Assembly (NCBI GenBank): GCA_963789265.1 | Contig: CAWBKB010000007.1 | Location: forward strand, 384,001-448,000 | Direction of reading: 5' to 3' | Source: an uncultured delta proteobacterium | GTDB lineage: Bacteria > Desulfobacterota > Desulfomonilia > Desulfomonilales > Desulfomonilaceae | Length of the DNA stretch: 64,000 nucleotides | In this document: positions 40,709 through 51,901 of the stretch, one piece after another | Layout: each line of letters starts with the position of its first letter | Position numbering within the stretch: the first letter of the stretch is position 1 | Position numbers and translations under genes: made by a program | The notes under the pieces: model-generated | Told to the model about the DNA's origin: nothing | The model's database searches: none | The model's input: the letters and a program-made list of their open reading frames with translations, nothing else

Positions 40709-42121
40709 CTAACCGGTACTCTTGAGATAATGTTGATTTTTCAAGATCTTCAGGATCCTAGCCTTCCAGCCTCTGGGGACGTGGATCGTATGAGTCAATG
40801 TGCGATTGTTGCGGGAAGCTCTGAATGCCGTCTCGCCTTTGGCCAAGCTCCCGTTGATCTCTCGGATGAAACGGACTGGGGCTTCGCATACCGCAGCAAG
40901 AAAAGTCAAAGGCAGGTCTCGGGTCAGTTGAATTCCCTCGAGGGTGTCAAAATGCATCGGCGAAATTGGAGGCACTCTCACACCGTAGAACTTGCGATTC
41001 GCATCTATAATCGAAAACGCGATCCAACGAGGAACATAATTCTCGGTCTCCAGGGGAAGTTTCATATCCCAGTACGAGACTGTATGATACGCGGCTATTC
41101 TAAATTTGGTCTCACTTAGACCTGCATTGTACGCGGCTGCAGCCGTGAGCCAGCTCGATCTATTTGCAGAATCCGAGATTTTGGTCCGCAGCCATTTCAA
41201 GTATCTGGCAGCAGACCTCGTGGAAAGTGCCAGGTCCCGGCGCTCGTCTTTCCAGCCGTCCACTTGTAAAGTCCAGTCCTGTTCGGGGTCTTTCGCGATG
41301 GATTGCACCGCGGTCGGCCTTACGAATTGCCACCACCCGTGAGCCATTGACCGCGACATTACGGTTCGGTTGTAACCCGACTCCAACGCCGGCAACAGAG
41401 CGAGCTCAGAGGGAACGCCTTCCATGTGCAAGATCCGGCTGATTATTTCTCCGTAACGATCCTTCCGCTTGAGCCAAATCCCTGTGGTATTGCGAAAATC
41501 CGTCAGGAGATAAGTCAACTGATATTCAATCCTGCGCCGCACGTCCGCTCTTTCCAGAGGGATGCGCTCGCCGCAGAAAATGAAGCCGGCTTTGGTCGTT
41601 CCCGGCGGCAGTCCCTTTCCGGGCGTTGTCACTGTCAGCGTGTCCGGGGGCCGATAGCTTAGACATTCGAGAATGTGTCTCGAAAGGATCGCTTCCCTCT
41701 TGGACGCAGCGATGACCTCATGTCTTCGAATGGCACCGAGTTGGACGCCAACATCTCTAACGGGATCGGCTATAAAAAAATCACTAGGAAGATTCTCGTT
41801 CCACAGAATGAATCGAGCCAACAGACTTTCGGGCGGTCCGGGAATTCTGCCTGACGAAGACAAACCTTCCAGTGCCTTGAAATCCATGTTGGCCGGCACT
41901 TTCCCGTAAGTTTTTATGATTGAGCCGTAATTGATAGGTAGTTCGCCTCCGCGTGAATCCGCATAAGCGATCTCCGCGGCCAGTTGGCGAGAAACATAGT
42001 ACGCTGCAAGAAGTGGAAGCCTGGCATGCACGTCGCGCTCCACAGCCGGGTAATACACCATGGCAAAGCAAATTACCGGGACCAGGAAGCAGGGACCGAT
42101 TGCATAGAGGAAGTAACTCAT
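40709..42121 (-). CDS. MltD-like lytic transglycosylase
   Basis: LPALESGYN, AHGWWQF, DERRD..STRSAARYLK, AAAYNAG, LPLETENYVPR. Confidence 0.85.
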   Translation of the reverse strand: MSYFLYAIGPCFLVPVICFAMVYYPAVERDVHARLPLLAAYYVSRQLAAEIAYADSRGGELPINYGSIIKTYGKVPANMDFKALEGLSSSGRIPGPPESLLARFILWNENLPSDFFIADPVRDVGVQLGAIRRHEVIAASKREAILSRHILECLSYRPPDTLTVTTPGKGLPPGTTKAGFIFCGERIPLERADVRRRIEYQLTYLLTDFRNTTGIWLKRKDRYGEIISRILHMEGVPSELALLPALESGYNRTVMSRSMAHGWWQFVRPTAVQSIAKDPEQDWTLQVDGWKDERRDLALSTRSAARYLKWLRTKISDSANRSSWLTAAAAYNAGLSETKFRIAAYHTVSYWDMKLPLETENYVPRWIAFSIIDANRKFYGVRVPPISPMHFDTLEGIQLTRDLPLTFLAAVCEAPVRFIREINGSLAKGETAFRASRNNRTLTHTIHVPRGWKARILKILKNQHYLKSTG

Positions 42122-42921
42122 GGTCCACCGGTTCCCCTGCCGGAAGGGGCGCCCTTCTTCTCCTGAGACCCTGGGCTTCCCAGCAAGCGAGCCAAATAGA
42201 GAACCCTGGGGTTGTTGGGCACTAATTCAAGAGCTTTTTGGGCCAGTTTACCGGCATTTTCTCGGTCGCCCGCGGAGATCATCGCTACAATGAGATTGAT
42301 TCTGGCAGGAATATAGTCCGGGAAAGCTTCCACGTTCCGTTGGTAGAGTGCAATTGCGGCACGGGACTTGCCCTGTCGTTCTAACGTGATCGCAGCGTAA
42401 AACGACGGCCGGGGATCCTTGGGGAAGAGCCCCCGAGATAACCGGAAGATTTCCGAAGCCTTATGGAAGTTTCTAGCTTCGAGGGCCTGTAATCCCTCCC
42501 TGATAAGGTCCTCCTTTGAAGGATTGGGCGTCTGGATAGGCGTAATCATGCTGTGCGAAGAAGCCAACTGTGCGAGATTACGTACGGCCGGTCCGTCATT
42601 GGGGTTCACCTCAAGGGCACGGCGATAAGCCTGGGCTGCTTCCTTCCATTTGCCTTGATCCTCCAACGCGGCTCCCATCTGCACCAGGGCGCGGACATTC
42701 GTGGGCGAAACAACGAGAACTTTCTTAAAGGCGCTGACAGCCTGGGCACTCTTCCCTTCGATCCTGAGAGCTACGCCGTTGTCGAAGTCGAGAGGTTCTT
42801 CCGAGGCACAGGGACATACGCAGACAAGAAAGAAAATAAGTGTGGCTAGAAGAGGAGCGTGATAACGCAAGAGGCAGTCCTCGGCGTAAGAATTACAATA
42901 TTCAACCATTATAAATATCAT
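42118..42921 (-). CDS. TPR-repeat exported protein
   Basis: TPR patterns (AAQAYRRALEVNPND, KALELVPNNP); hydrophobic N-region; start uncertain. Confidence 0.8.
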   Translation of the reverse strand: MIFIMVEYCNSYAEDCLLRYHAPLLATLIFFLVCVCPCASEEPLDFDNGVALRIEGKSAQAVSAFKKVLVVSPTNVRALVQMGAALEDQGKWKEAAQAYRRALEVNPNDGPAVRNLAQLASSHSMITPIQTPNPSKEDLIREGLQALEARNFHKASEIFRLSRGLFPKDPRPSFYAAITLERQGKSRAAIALYQRNVEAFPDYIPARINLIVAMISAGDRENAGKLAQKALELVPNNPRVLYLARLLGSPGSQEKKGAPSGRGTGGP

Positions 42922-43106
42922 ACAACGGGCGGCAAGCGAAAGGTTCCGGAAGGCGGGACTGTGCCGATAAGCGTTAAAATAGCGTTCATCCGATGGTCAC
43001 CAGGCGGTTGTCCCGTAGAGACATTTTGATAGTAGCCCGGTGCTTCAGAAACTGTCTCAAAAACAATGAAGCGGTCGGAATCGTAGCACGAATCCCTCAC
43101 GCTGTG

Positions 43107-43187
43107 TCCCTCTCCCAGAGGGCGAGGGAAGTGCAAAACTGCCCTGGGTCTGCTCCTTCTCCCTCTGGGAGAGGGTTGGGGTGAGGG
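43107..43187. repeat. CCCTCTCCC..GGGAGAGGG palindromic doublet
   Basis: CCCTCTCCCAGAGGGCGAGGG and CTCCCTCTGGGAGAGGGTTGGGGTGAGGG. Confidence 0.65.
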
Positions 43188-43482
43188 CGACGACTATACG
43201 AATGAGCCTGAATCGTGGCACGATTCTGGTCATCAAAATAGTTTTGAGACACTTTCTTCAACGCCGGGAAGGAGGTCAAAAGAGAGCCCCAGCGTACCAC
43301 AGAGACTTCCGAATGTGATCCCGAAAATCAATCCTTCAAGCGTCCCTATGGGACGCAGAAGCGATATATGATTGGTCGCTTACCCGGCAATCCCGCGTTA
43401 TGCGCGGGACCGGGCTACTATGTCGGCGCCCCTGGGGGTTCATAAGATTGCAAGAGATGCCTTATTTTTACGCCTGTGGGGA

Positions 43483-45060
43483 TTATGCCGGTATCTGTCG
43501 GGAAACCGACTGTGCGTCACAGTCGGGATTGCATGCTACCAGTCTAATCTCGTTTGCTATCGTCTTGGCAATGGTCTCTCGAAAATCATTGTGATGCTCG
43601 AATAGAACCAACGTATGGACAAAATACTCGAACCTATTTCCAAGTGACCATATTGCTTTGAAAAGGAACTTCCAGAAGATCCAGCGCGATGGGTTCAAAA
43701 TTCCTTGACGCCCGAGCATTAGCAACAGAGCGCGCATCTGGGCAGGCGACGGTAAACGAAAAGGCTTCTTGACCGAAAGCGGCTTCATCAGCGAAAATTC
43801 GTCAAATGCCCGCTGATAGTAGGATTGGGGATCATATAGGCTTTCATATATGCTGATGACTTCTTGAACCAGTTGGGCCACCGGGCGCGTGGTATTGTAA
43901 TTGATCAGGCCGATGAGGCTGGTCGCCTTGTCGGAAGCTATGACGGGTTCACGCCCTTCCTTAACGAGACGCTTCCACAAATCCGTGCCGGGCGGAGCCT
44001 CCAGGAAATTGACGAGTACCTGAGGGATGTGGTTTCGGTTGGCAAAATCTATGACCCGACGGTCTGCTCCAGGTTTCTCATTATCGAAACCGATTATCCA
44101 GCCGGCCTCAATTTGCAGTCCGGACCGTATGATTTTGTGACAAGCCAGGTCAAGGTCTATTCGGGAATTCTGGTGTTTCTTGGTCTGCTCGAGACTGTCC
44201 CGGTCGTCGGTTTCAATTCCCAGGAATACCTTGTAGAAGCCCGCCTCGACCATGAGGTCCAACAGCTCTTGATCTTCGGCGACATTCACCGAGACCTGCC
44301 CGTTGAAATCAAAGCAATGGCCGACGGATTTATGCCAAGGGATAAGTTCTCTCAGCAAGCTCTTGGCATCTCGACGGTTTCCCACAAAATTGTCGTCAAC
44401 AAAGAAAATGTTTTCCTTCCATCCGAGCCGTCTGAGGATGTCCAGTTCGTTGATGATTTGCGCAGGGGATTTGGTCCTGACCTTGCGGCCCAACATGTTG
44501 GTGACGTCGCAGAACTCACATTGAAAAGGGCATCCCCGCGAGAACTGGACGCCCATAGTCAAATATTTATCCATGTCCAGGAGATCGAATCTTGGGGCAG
44601 GCCACTTTTTCAGTTCCGGCCTTGATTCTCCCCTGATCACAACCCCAGACTCATCGAGGTTCAAAGCTTCCAAAAATCTATCGAGGCAAGATTCAAGCTC
44701 TCCCACCACAACAATGTCCGCGCCGTCTCTCAAAGCGTCTTGCGGCGCATGAAAGACAGCGGGTCCGCCTACAACAACCTTCTTACCCTGCCCCGTGGCA
44801 TCCCGGACCGCCTGGACAAATCCTTGGCGCTGAACATTCATGCCGCAAATCAGCACCACGTCGCAAGCATCCCAGTCTTGCCGCGTGATTGTTTGAAAAG
44901 TCAAGTCAATAAGTCTGAATTCCCATGCCTGAGGAAGGAGCGCCGCAACAGTGATAAGCCCGAGGGGAGGATGCACGGCTTTTCGCCCGAGCATGTGCAA
45001 AACTTTATCAAATGAATAAAAGGTCTTGGAAAAACCTGGATTCAACAAAAGTACTCTCAT
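43483..45060 (-). CDS. B12-binding radical SAM protein (DUF4070-like C-terminus)
   Basis: PPLGLITVAALLP, VVGGP, SRGCPFQCEFC (CxxxCxxC), FVDDNF, GIET, IIGFD. Confidence 0.9.
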   Translation of the reverse strand: MRVLLLNPGFSKTFYSFDKVLHMLGRKAVHPPLGLITVAALLPQAWEFRLIDLTFQTITRQDWDACDVVLICGMNVQRQGFVQAVRDATGQGKKVVVGGPAVFHAPQDALRDGADIVVVGELESCLDRFLEALNLDESGVVIRGESRPELKKWPAPRFDLLDMDKYLTMGVQFSRGCPFQCEFCDVTNMLGRKVRTKSPAQIINELDILRRLGWKENIFFVDDNFVGNRRDAKSLLRELIPWHKSVGHCFDFNGQVSVNVAEDQELLDLMVEAGFYKVFLGIETDDRDSLEQTKKHQNSRIDLDLACHKIIRSGLQIEAGWIIGFDNEKPGADRRVIDFANRNHIPQVLVNFLEAPPGTDLWKRLVKEGREPVIASDKATSLIGLINYNTTRPVAQLVQEVISIYESLYDPQSYYQRAFDEFSLMKPLSVKKPFRLPSPAQMRALLLMLGRQGILNPSRWIFWKFLFKAIWSLGNRFEYFVHTLVLFEHHNDFRETIAKTIANEIRLVACNPDCDAQSVSRQIPA

Positions 45061-45835
45061 ATAACACTCCCCGGTAACATACATTCGAAACGGTTCATGT
45101 CAGCTTTTGACGCATTGAAGCTTGCAGGCTTTGCCACGGGGCCGCCCCTGCGTCTCGGCTCCGGACATGAAAGAGCCACCACCTGCGGATCAGCATATTA
45201 TACAAAAGGCTGCATTAGGTGTCGGCCAAGAACAGCGCTCCAGCACCGTGCAGGACGCGCTTATTCACGATGGGATGGCCAAGTTGGCGGCATGATGCCG
45301 GAAAGTTGTAGGCAGAAATTTTTGCGGAACCGGGTCTGATAGCCACGTTCCAGACACCGCCTGTGGCTTACTTCCGGAAGTTCACGGGGTCTTGGAACGG
45401 ACTCCCGTCCTGCCGTGTGCTACACAATTACCGTCATTGGAAGATACTGTCAAGTGAGCCGAAATGGGCAAGATAACCATTCAGTCTTGTGGGGCAGTCC
45501 CGCGAGGCGCGGGACAGCCTGCCGAGGAAACCCCTGTTCAATGGCGGGCTAGAAAGCCCACCCCACGAAGCCACCCGCAAATTCCGGCTGTTACTGAATG
45601 TATGCTGAGCAGGTTCTGCCGATCCCCTTAAGATCAGAGATCAGGATTAAGTCACGTTAATCTCAACGCCTTTTTCAATCCTCCCTACCGGCTCAGATAT
45701 GCCGTCGGCACGGCTTGTCAGCCCTTAATGTGGATTGCAATGCCGTGAATCTTGCGGTAACGCCCTTTAGGTGATAGAGTTGGCAGCTACTGTCGTTCCG
45801 GCACGGATGGATCGCTTGCAATTCTGGAGAAGCCT

Positions 45836-46801
45836 GTGCACCTGCTCGACTCTATCAAATCTGTCATGGAAAACTTGGAGCAGGAACTGATTCAACAGTT
45901 GAGAAGCCGCGTTCCCGTGGCGTTCGAGATAAGTTCTCATATCATGAACAGCGGCGGCAAGAGGATTCGCCCGCAGCTCGCGGTCATAGCAGCCCGCATG
46001 GGTGGATATACGGGAATGGACGCTATCACGTTGTCAGGCGCGATTGAGTGCATCCATACCGCCACTTTGCTCCACGACGACGTGGTGGACCGTGCGGACA
46101 CTCGTCGGGGGCGACCTTCGGCCAATACCCTCTGGTCGAACGAGTTGTGCGTCCTTGGAGGCGATTTCATACTGGCCAAGGCATTCTCTGCTCTGACTTC
46201 TCTAAACAACCTTCGCATTTTGGAAATAGTGTCACGAGCCACAGAGAGATTGAGCGAGGGCGAACTCTTTCAGATGATGAACATTGGGAATATTCAACTT
46301 ACGGAAGAAGAGTATATACAGGTGATCACCGACAAGACGGCCGTCCTGATGGAAGCGGCTTGTCGCGGCGGTGCCATCTTGGGAAGAGTGGGCGATGAGG
46401 AGGAAGAAGCGTTGGCCCAATTTGGGTTCAATCTTGGTATAGCCTTCCAGATGACCGATGACGTGATAGATTACCGATCGGACAGAGAGACCATGGGAAA
46501 GAATCCCGGAAAAGATCTGGAAGAAGGAAAGCTCACTTTGCCCATGATTTGCGCACTCAAAAAGGCAAACTGTGAGGAAAGATCCCGTGTCGAGCGGATG
46601 ATCGCTGAAAAGAGGCTTTCCGACGGAGATCTCTCATGGGTGAGGAACTTCCTGGAGGAGCGAGGCGGGATCGAGGAGACACTGCGGAAAAGTCGCGATT
46701 ATCTGGCAATTGCCACCGAACGATTGAGCGTGTTCGAGGACTCGAACGAGAAACGCGCACTGATGACAGTTGCGGAGCGCGTCTTGTGCCGGACGTACTG
46801 A
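45836..46801 (+). CDS. Polyprenyl diphosphate synthase (IspB-like)
   Basis: GGKRIRP, LLHDDVVD..RRG, KTA, AFQMTDD, GKDLEEGKLTLP. Confidence 0.92.
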   Translation: MHLLDSIKSVMENLEQELIQQLRSRVPVAFEISSHIMNSGGKRIRPQLAVIAARMGGYTGMDAITLSGAIECIHTATLLHDDVVDRADTRRGRPSANTLWSNELCVLGGDFILAKAFSALTSLNNLRILEIVSRATERLSEGELFQMMNIGNIQLTEEEYIQVITDKTAVLMEAACRGGAILGRVGDEEEEALAQFGFNLGIAFQMTDDVIDYRSDRETMGKNPGKDLEEGKLTLPMICALKKANCEERSRVERMIAEKRLSDGDLSWVRNFLEERGGIEETLRKSRDYLAIATERLSVFEDSNEKRALMTVAERVLCRTY

Positions 46802-46946
46802 TTTCGCGTGCTCGAAGCAAAACAGAAAATCTGGCTGGAACTGTCTTATTTGAGAAAGGCTTTTCTCCGGCAATTCGATTTCTTGACAGAAGGTGCTCCC
46901 CCTGCTAGCAAAACGTATGTCTTCCGGTTCTTGTCGAGGGTCTCAC

Positions 46947-47604
46947 ATGGTGAGACGCAAACTGGCATTAATTCTGGTAACGATTATAGCTGCACTTGCG
47001 GCCGGCTGCCCGTTCCTTTGGAAGAGCGACGTCGTCAAGAAGAGCCCGGATCCTGAAAAGCTCTTCCAGGATGCGCAGAAGCGGTTTCAGGACAAACGCT
47101 ATTCCGAGGCCACAGAATTATACGAGCGTATAAAGTCCGGGTTTCCCGATTTTAAGCGGATGCCCGAGGTCTATATGAGGATAGCTGACGCGTACTTCGA
47201 TGACAAATACTATGACAAAGCCATCGCGGCTTATGGGCAGTTTATGGACCTCTACCCAAACGACAAGGACGCGCCAAGGGCAAAATTCAAGATAGGTATG
47301 GCCTACTTTAACCAGATCAAGAGTACCGATCTTGACAATTCGGTCGTTCAGAGTGCAGCCAAGCAATTCAAAATCCTTTCAGAAGATACCGGCGCAGGTG
47401 ATTGGGCGAAGAAGGCTGCAGAGAAATATCTCGAATGCCGCAAGAAGTTAGCGGCAAAAGAAATGTACAAGGCTCAAACGATGTTGACTATCGGCAGATA
47501 TCAAGACCGCGCGGCTGGCAGCCAAACGTATTCTGGATGAGTACCCTAAACTGGGGTACGATAAGGCCGCGTCGGCCCTGATCAAGAGCACAAAAGGAAA
47601 GTGA
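46947..47604 (+). CDS. bamD: Outer-membrane assembly lipoprotein BamD-like; frameshift near 47505
   Basis: Lipobox LAAGC, TPR pattern, FMDLYPND; C-terminus RLAAKRILDEYPK continues in another frame to TGA at 47604. Confidence 0.8.
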
Positions 47605-47660
47605 GGCTGTCTTTTCTCGTGCAAGATTACCTGCCGCGAACGCGTACCGACAACTCCTCG

Positions 47661-49202
47661 TCAGATCATCCCGTTGAGCTGCTCGTCCGACAAGCCTTCC
47701 GAAACCACAGTTCTGTAAGCTTTGACCGTGACCTGACCCGGTAAAGCTCCCTTTGCACGCCCCACATCGGCCACATCAGCCACGATAACTTCTATTTTGC
47801 CTTTGCCGCGGGCTTTGGAAAAATGAACTGCGATTCCCGCGGCGAATTGCATATCCTCTATGGTGGCCGCGTCATCACGCTCCCGGCGGAGAATCACATG
47901 GGCTCCCGCGAAATCCTTTACGTGGAACCAGAGGTCGCCTTTTCGAGCCTTCCTGCGCAACAAGAAATCGTTCCCCTTGGCGCTTTTGCCCACTAAAATG
48001 AGTCGGCCCGTCCGCGTCCGCATCTCACGAAATAAGCCCGACTCTGATGGAGAGGCCACTTCACCTTTCCGAGGTGATTTAGGCTGCGGCCAGGGGCCAA
48101 AAGGCGTTTCCAGAACCAGGCGTTCAAGTTCCGTCATGTCGGGAGCTTCCCCGAGGAAGAACAACAAGTCCTCGAGTGCCCTTTTTTCCTCGAAAGTCCG
48201 GTCGAGGCGTTCCTGAGCCTTCTTAGCTCCCCGTTTCCCTTTGGCGGCCTTCTTGAAGATTCGATTCATGTTTGCAACCGAATCCAGCGAGGGGTCCAAG
48301 ACAATAATTCGACGGCCGCCGGTCTCCCAGTCCTCGACTTCTACACTAGTCGCGCCTCTTTTCACGCGCTTCAGATTCGCCTTGAGAAGCTCCCCTTCCT
48401 CGTTGCGGTCCGTAAAGCTTTTGAGCCTTTGTGCGTCTGATTCGATTTTGTTGACGCGGCGTTCCAGGGACTGAATACGCGCCTTCAGAGGCCCTGCCAG
48501 CTTTCGCCTGAGGCCCTCCAGCAAGTGCGATTTCAACCTTGGGATGAAAAACGCGTCCACCGCTTCGTTCATAGACGCTAAACACCGATCCCGGGAGGCC
48601 ACAGCTTCAACCGTAAGGCGTGCTTTGCCGCCCGGCCCTGTCGTGATTCCAGGGGCGATCATGTCCGCATCCAGGTCATTCAGGGACTTTACAGTGACGT
48701 CATTTCTCAATGGCGGAACAGAGTAATGGAGGCCCGGCAGAAACCACCCTGCGCCCCGCTTCCTTCTCCGGGATGTGATGAAGACAATCCATGATGCGAT
48801 TGGATTTGCAATCGACCAGGAGAATGTTTGAATCTCGCCCGAGCAGTTCAGAACCAACTCTCTTTCCGTTCGCTCATACTCCGGCCCCCGCACGGTAAGG
48901 ATTCGAACTACCCTGTCATCCGGTGCCGCGGCAACTGCAACAATTCGCGCGCCCTGGAGATGGGCTCTGAGATACGCACAAAATCTTGGCGGAACCGGGG
49001 GATTGAGAATCTTGAGGCTGGTAAGGTGCAATCGGCCAAGCAGCGGATCCGCGCTCAGCATGAGCTTTTTTTCTCCGCCTGTCCTGAATCGTATGCGTAG
49101 CACTATTTCTCTGGGCAGGGGCTGATAGATCTTATTGATGAAGCCGCCTGGAAGCAGGTCATTAAGCTCCTGAGCTACTTTCTGAAGAACAGGCAGATCC
49201 AT
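47661..49202 (-). CDS. NFACT/RqcH-family (FbpA-like) protein; two compensating frameshifts near 48849 and 48742
   Basis: INKIYQP, FCAYLRAHLQGARI, DRVV, ILVGKSAKGND, DLWFHVKDFAGAHVIL; alternative frame restores ELLGRDSNILLVD. Confidence 0.85.
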   Translation of the reverse strand: MDLPVLQKVAQELNDLLPGGFINKIYQPLPREIVLRIRFRTGGEKKLMLSADPLLGRLHLTSLKILNPPVPPRFCAYLRAHLQGARIVAVAAAPDDRVVRILTVRGPEYERTERELVLNCSGEIQTFSWSIANPIASWIVFITSRRRKRGAGWFLPGLHYSVPPLRNDVTVKSLNDLDADMIAPGITTGPGGKARLTVEAVASRDRCLASMNEAVDAFFIPRLKSHLLEGLRRKLAGPLKARIQSLERRVNKIESDAQRLKSFTDRNEEGELLKANLKRVKRGATSVEVEDWETGGRRIIVLDPSLDSVANMNRIFKKAAKGKRGAKKAQERLDRTFEEKRALEDLLFFLGEAPDMTELERLVLETPFGPWPQPKSPRKGEVASPSESGLFREMRTRTGRLILVGKSAKGNDFLLRRKARKGDLWFHVKDFAGAHVILRRERDDAATIEDMQFAAGIAVHFSKARGKGKIEVIVADVADVGRAKGALPGQVTVKAYRTVVSEGLSDEQLNGMI

Positions 49203-49394
49203 TCACGTCTCGCGGCGGAGAGCGTTTTCTCCGTCTTCTTGTGAGGACAGCGATACGTCTCGCATTTTTTCGCAGGGTTCTTTCGGAATACCCTTTCAGC
49301 CGGATCGAGTATATCATAATGGCGCATTGCAAACTTTCCGGTTATGGTAGAACTAATGATGCTCGAGGGGCGGAGGACAGGCTGGGGGAACACA

Positions 49395-49907
49395 ATGAGT
49401 GTGCTTACGAGAGATGAATTGTTTCGAGCGATCAAGGACGGCCGGATTCAGATTGAACCTTTCTCGGAAGACATTGTCGGCCCAGGGTCTGTGGATCTGA
49501 ATCTGAGCAACCAGTTCAGGATCTTCAAGAAGATTCGCCACGCAGTCGCAGTGGATGATACCATGGACCTCGAAAGAATCACGAGGCTCGTTTACCGCGA
49601 GCATTCTTTCACCCTTTTGCCGGGCGAAACCATCTTGGGCATAACACGGGAAAGAATCCGTCTTTCCCCCAATCTCTGCGGATGGATACAGGGCCGGTCA
49701 CGCTTTGCCCGTATCGGACTTCTGGTGCACATGACGGCGAGTTTCATTCAGCCCGGCATAAATAACCGACAAGTTCTGGAAATCAGTAACATGGCACCGT
49801 TTCCGCTCATACTTAAACCGAATACGCGCATTTGTCAGATTGTGTTTCAGACCACTGTCGGTGAAGCTGTGTACGAAGGAAAACACAGGACCCAAGACTC
49901 TTTGTGA
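49395..49907 (+). CDS. dcd: dCTP deaminase
   Basis: PGSVDLNL, GRSRFARIGLLVH, IQPG, LEISN, RICQ. Confidence 0.88.
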   Translation: MSVLTRDELFRAIKDGRIQIEPFSEDIVGPGSVDLNLSNQFRIFKKIRHAVAVDDTMDLERITRLVYREHSFTLLPGETILGITRERIRLSPNLCGWIQGRSRFARIGLLVHMTASFIQPGINNRQVLEISNMAPFPLILKPNTRICQIVFQTTVGEAVYEGKHRTQDSL

Positions 49908-49966
49908 AGAGGCGATTTCCTGCCGGAAGTGAGGACCTGTCGTCCACTAATCATTGAGGCAATAGC

Positions 49967-50632
49967 ATGGCTAACAGAACCATCTCCATGTCGGATCAAT
50001 TGTATGATTATCTTCTGTCAACATCCCTCCGCGAGCCTGAAATTTTGCGTCGCCTCCGAGAGGAAACCGCTCCTCTGCCTCATTCGACGATGCAAACCGC
50101 GCCTGAACAAGGCCAGTTCATGGCTCTCCTGCTCCAGTTGATCGGAGCCGCCAATACCATAGAATTGGGTGTATATACCGGTTACAGCTCGCTCTGGACC
50201 GCGTTGGCTCTTCCTCCTCGAGGAAAGATCATAGCATGCGATATCAATCAAGAATGGACTTCCGTAGCTCGCCGGTACTGGCAGGAGGCCGGAGTAGCGG
50301 AGAAGGTTGATTTACGACTCGCTCCGGCTATGGAGACCTTGGATTCTCTCCTGGCGGACGGAAGACACGGACATTTCGACTTCATTTTCGTAGACGCGGA
50401 CAAGGACAAATATGACGACTATTATGAACGTTCCCTCGAACTCCTTCGGCCGGGTGGATTGATCGCTGTAGACAACGTCCTTTGGGGTGGACGGGTGGCT
50501 GACCCCAGTGCAAGAGAGGAGGCGACGGTGGCCATCAGAGCATTTAACGAGAAACTGCATCACGACGATCGGATCAAATTGAGCCTCGTCCCCATTGCAG
50601 ACGGCCTCACTTTGGCACTCAAAAAAGGGTAA
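49967..50632 (+). CDS. Class I SAM-dependent O-methyltransferase (caffeoyl-CoA OMT-like)
   Basis: PEQGQFM, ELGVYTGYS, FDFIFVDADK, VDNVLWGG, IADGLTL. Confidence 0.92.
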   Translation: MANRTISMSDQLYDYLLSTSLREPEILRRLREETAPLPHSTMQTAPEQGQFMALLLQLIGAANTIELGVYTGYSSLWTALALPPRGKIIACDINQEWTSVARRYWQEAGVAEKVDLRLAPAMETLDSLLADGRHGHFDFIFVDADKDKYDDYYERSLELLRPGGLIAVDNVLWGGRVADPSAREEATVAIRAFNEKLHHDDRIKLSLVPIADGLTLALKKG

Positions 50633-50638
50633 TTAGTC

Positions 50639-51785
50639 TCAGCGGCTGACCGCAGAGAGAAATCTGCCCAAAAGGGGTTGAATAATGTTCACCGCTTGAT
50701 GTTCGCACAATTCATGACAACAGAAACAGGAAATACACTTCCTCCGGTCAATCACCATTCCTCCGTCTATACGGCTGATGGCTTGCGGCGGACAATGGGA
50801 GACGCAGATACCGCAAACTTGGCACGATCCAGGGTCAATGGCCGGTTTGGTGATAACGTGATTTTCCATGAACCGTCGAACGGGGTTCCAGTATGAGAGA
50901 TTCCACGCCATTGTCACTGACTTAGGCGCTTTGAAATCCTTCAACGGAAATCCCTCAAGATCGTCTCCGACCGTACGAATTCGCTCGCTGTCGGATACCC
51001 CTGCTCCCAAATTCTCCCCAATGACGCTGGTGCGCAGCGCACTAACCTTGAATCCCACCAACCTACAAATGACTGCATCCAGGGCGACCGCGTCGGTGGA
51101 GGCTCCAAGGATTCCGAGGGAACGTGCGTTGCCGCTGTTGGGGCCGTTCCCCTCCATGGCCAAGACTCCATCCACGATGGAGAGAACCGGCCGTATCTTT
51201 TCATAAATTTGAATGAGGACTGTAGCGAAACAATCGACGTCTTTGCCCGCTTTTAAATGCCACGAGGCTTTATCAGTTCCGATCACGGTTCCAAACAGGT
51301 TCTTCATTGCGAGCGTAAGCACCATCTGCGTGTGGGTCTTCAGCTTGGCCAGATTGATAACCGCGTCGAATTCAAACACCTCTCGCGCAAGATCAATGCG
51401 GCGAAACAGCCGGCCCGTGGGGAATTCCACAGGCAGCTTTTCAACAAACGGGACCGCAGCAATGCCCATTCTTTTCATGAATGAGTCGTAACCGCATTTA
51501 GACAGAAACCTTGGACAGGTTTCCGAGGGGTGGACTATCGCCGATGAAAGGAACGGCTCCCGCGTCAACAACCATTGCGGCAACGGCTTCGACGACCGAC
51601 GGATGCGTAACGATCGCGCGGTCAGGGGTTGCCGATTTGAGCAGATTCGGCTTTAGCAGAACTCGGTCCCCTCGCTTTACCAACGAGGGCATTCCGCCAA
51701 GATCGTCGAGGCACTTTTCAAGGGCCTTCGCCAACAGCGGCGGATCATAATTGCCACACTTTCTCACAGTAACCAATGATTCCAT
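50639..51785 (-). CDS. DUF362 protein with a C-terminal 4Fe-4S dicluster; frameshift near 51507
   Basis: VLLKPNL..VTHPSVV..GDSP; KLKTH, MKNLFG, MEGNGP; CQVCGICVSHCP, CISCFCCHELC. Confidence 0.88.
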
Positions 51786-51901
51786 AAGGATTGTTTAGCA
51801 TTTGGCGGTCCATCGGTAAAGTCTCAAGCAACTGGACCTTCCGGCCGCTCCCGTATTTTGTCTTTGAAAGCATCGCGGCAAGCTCTCTTTCATTGCACCG
51901 A

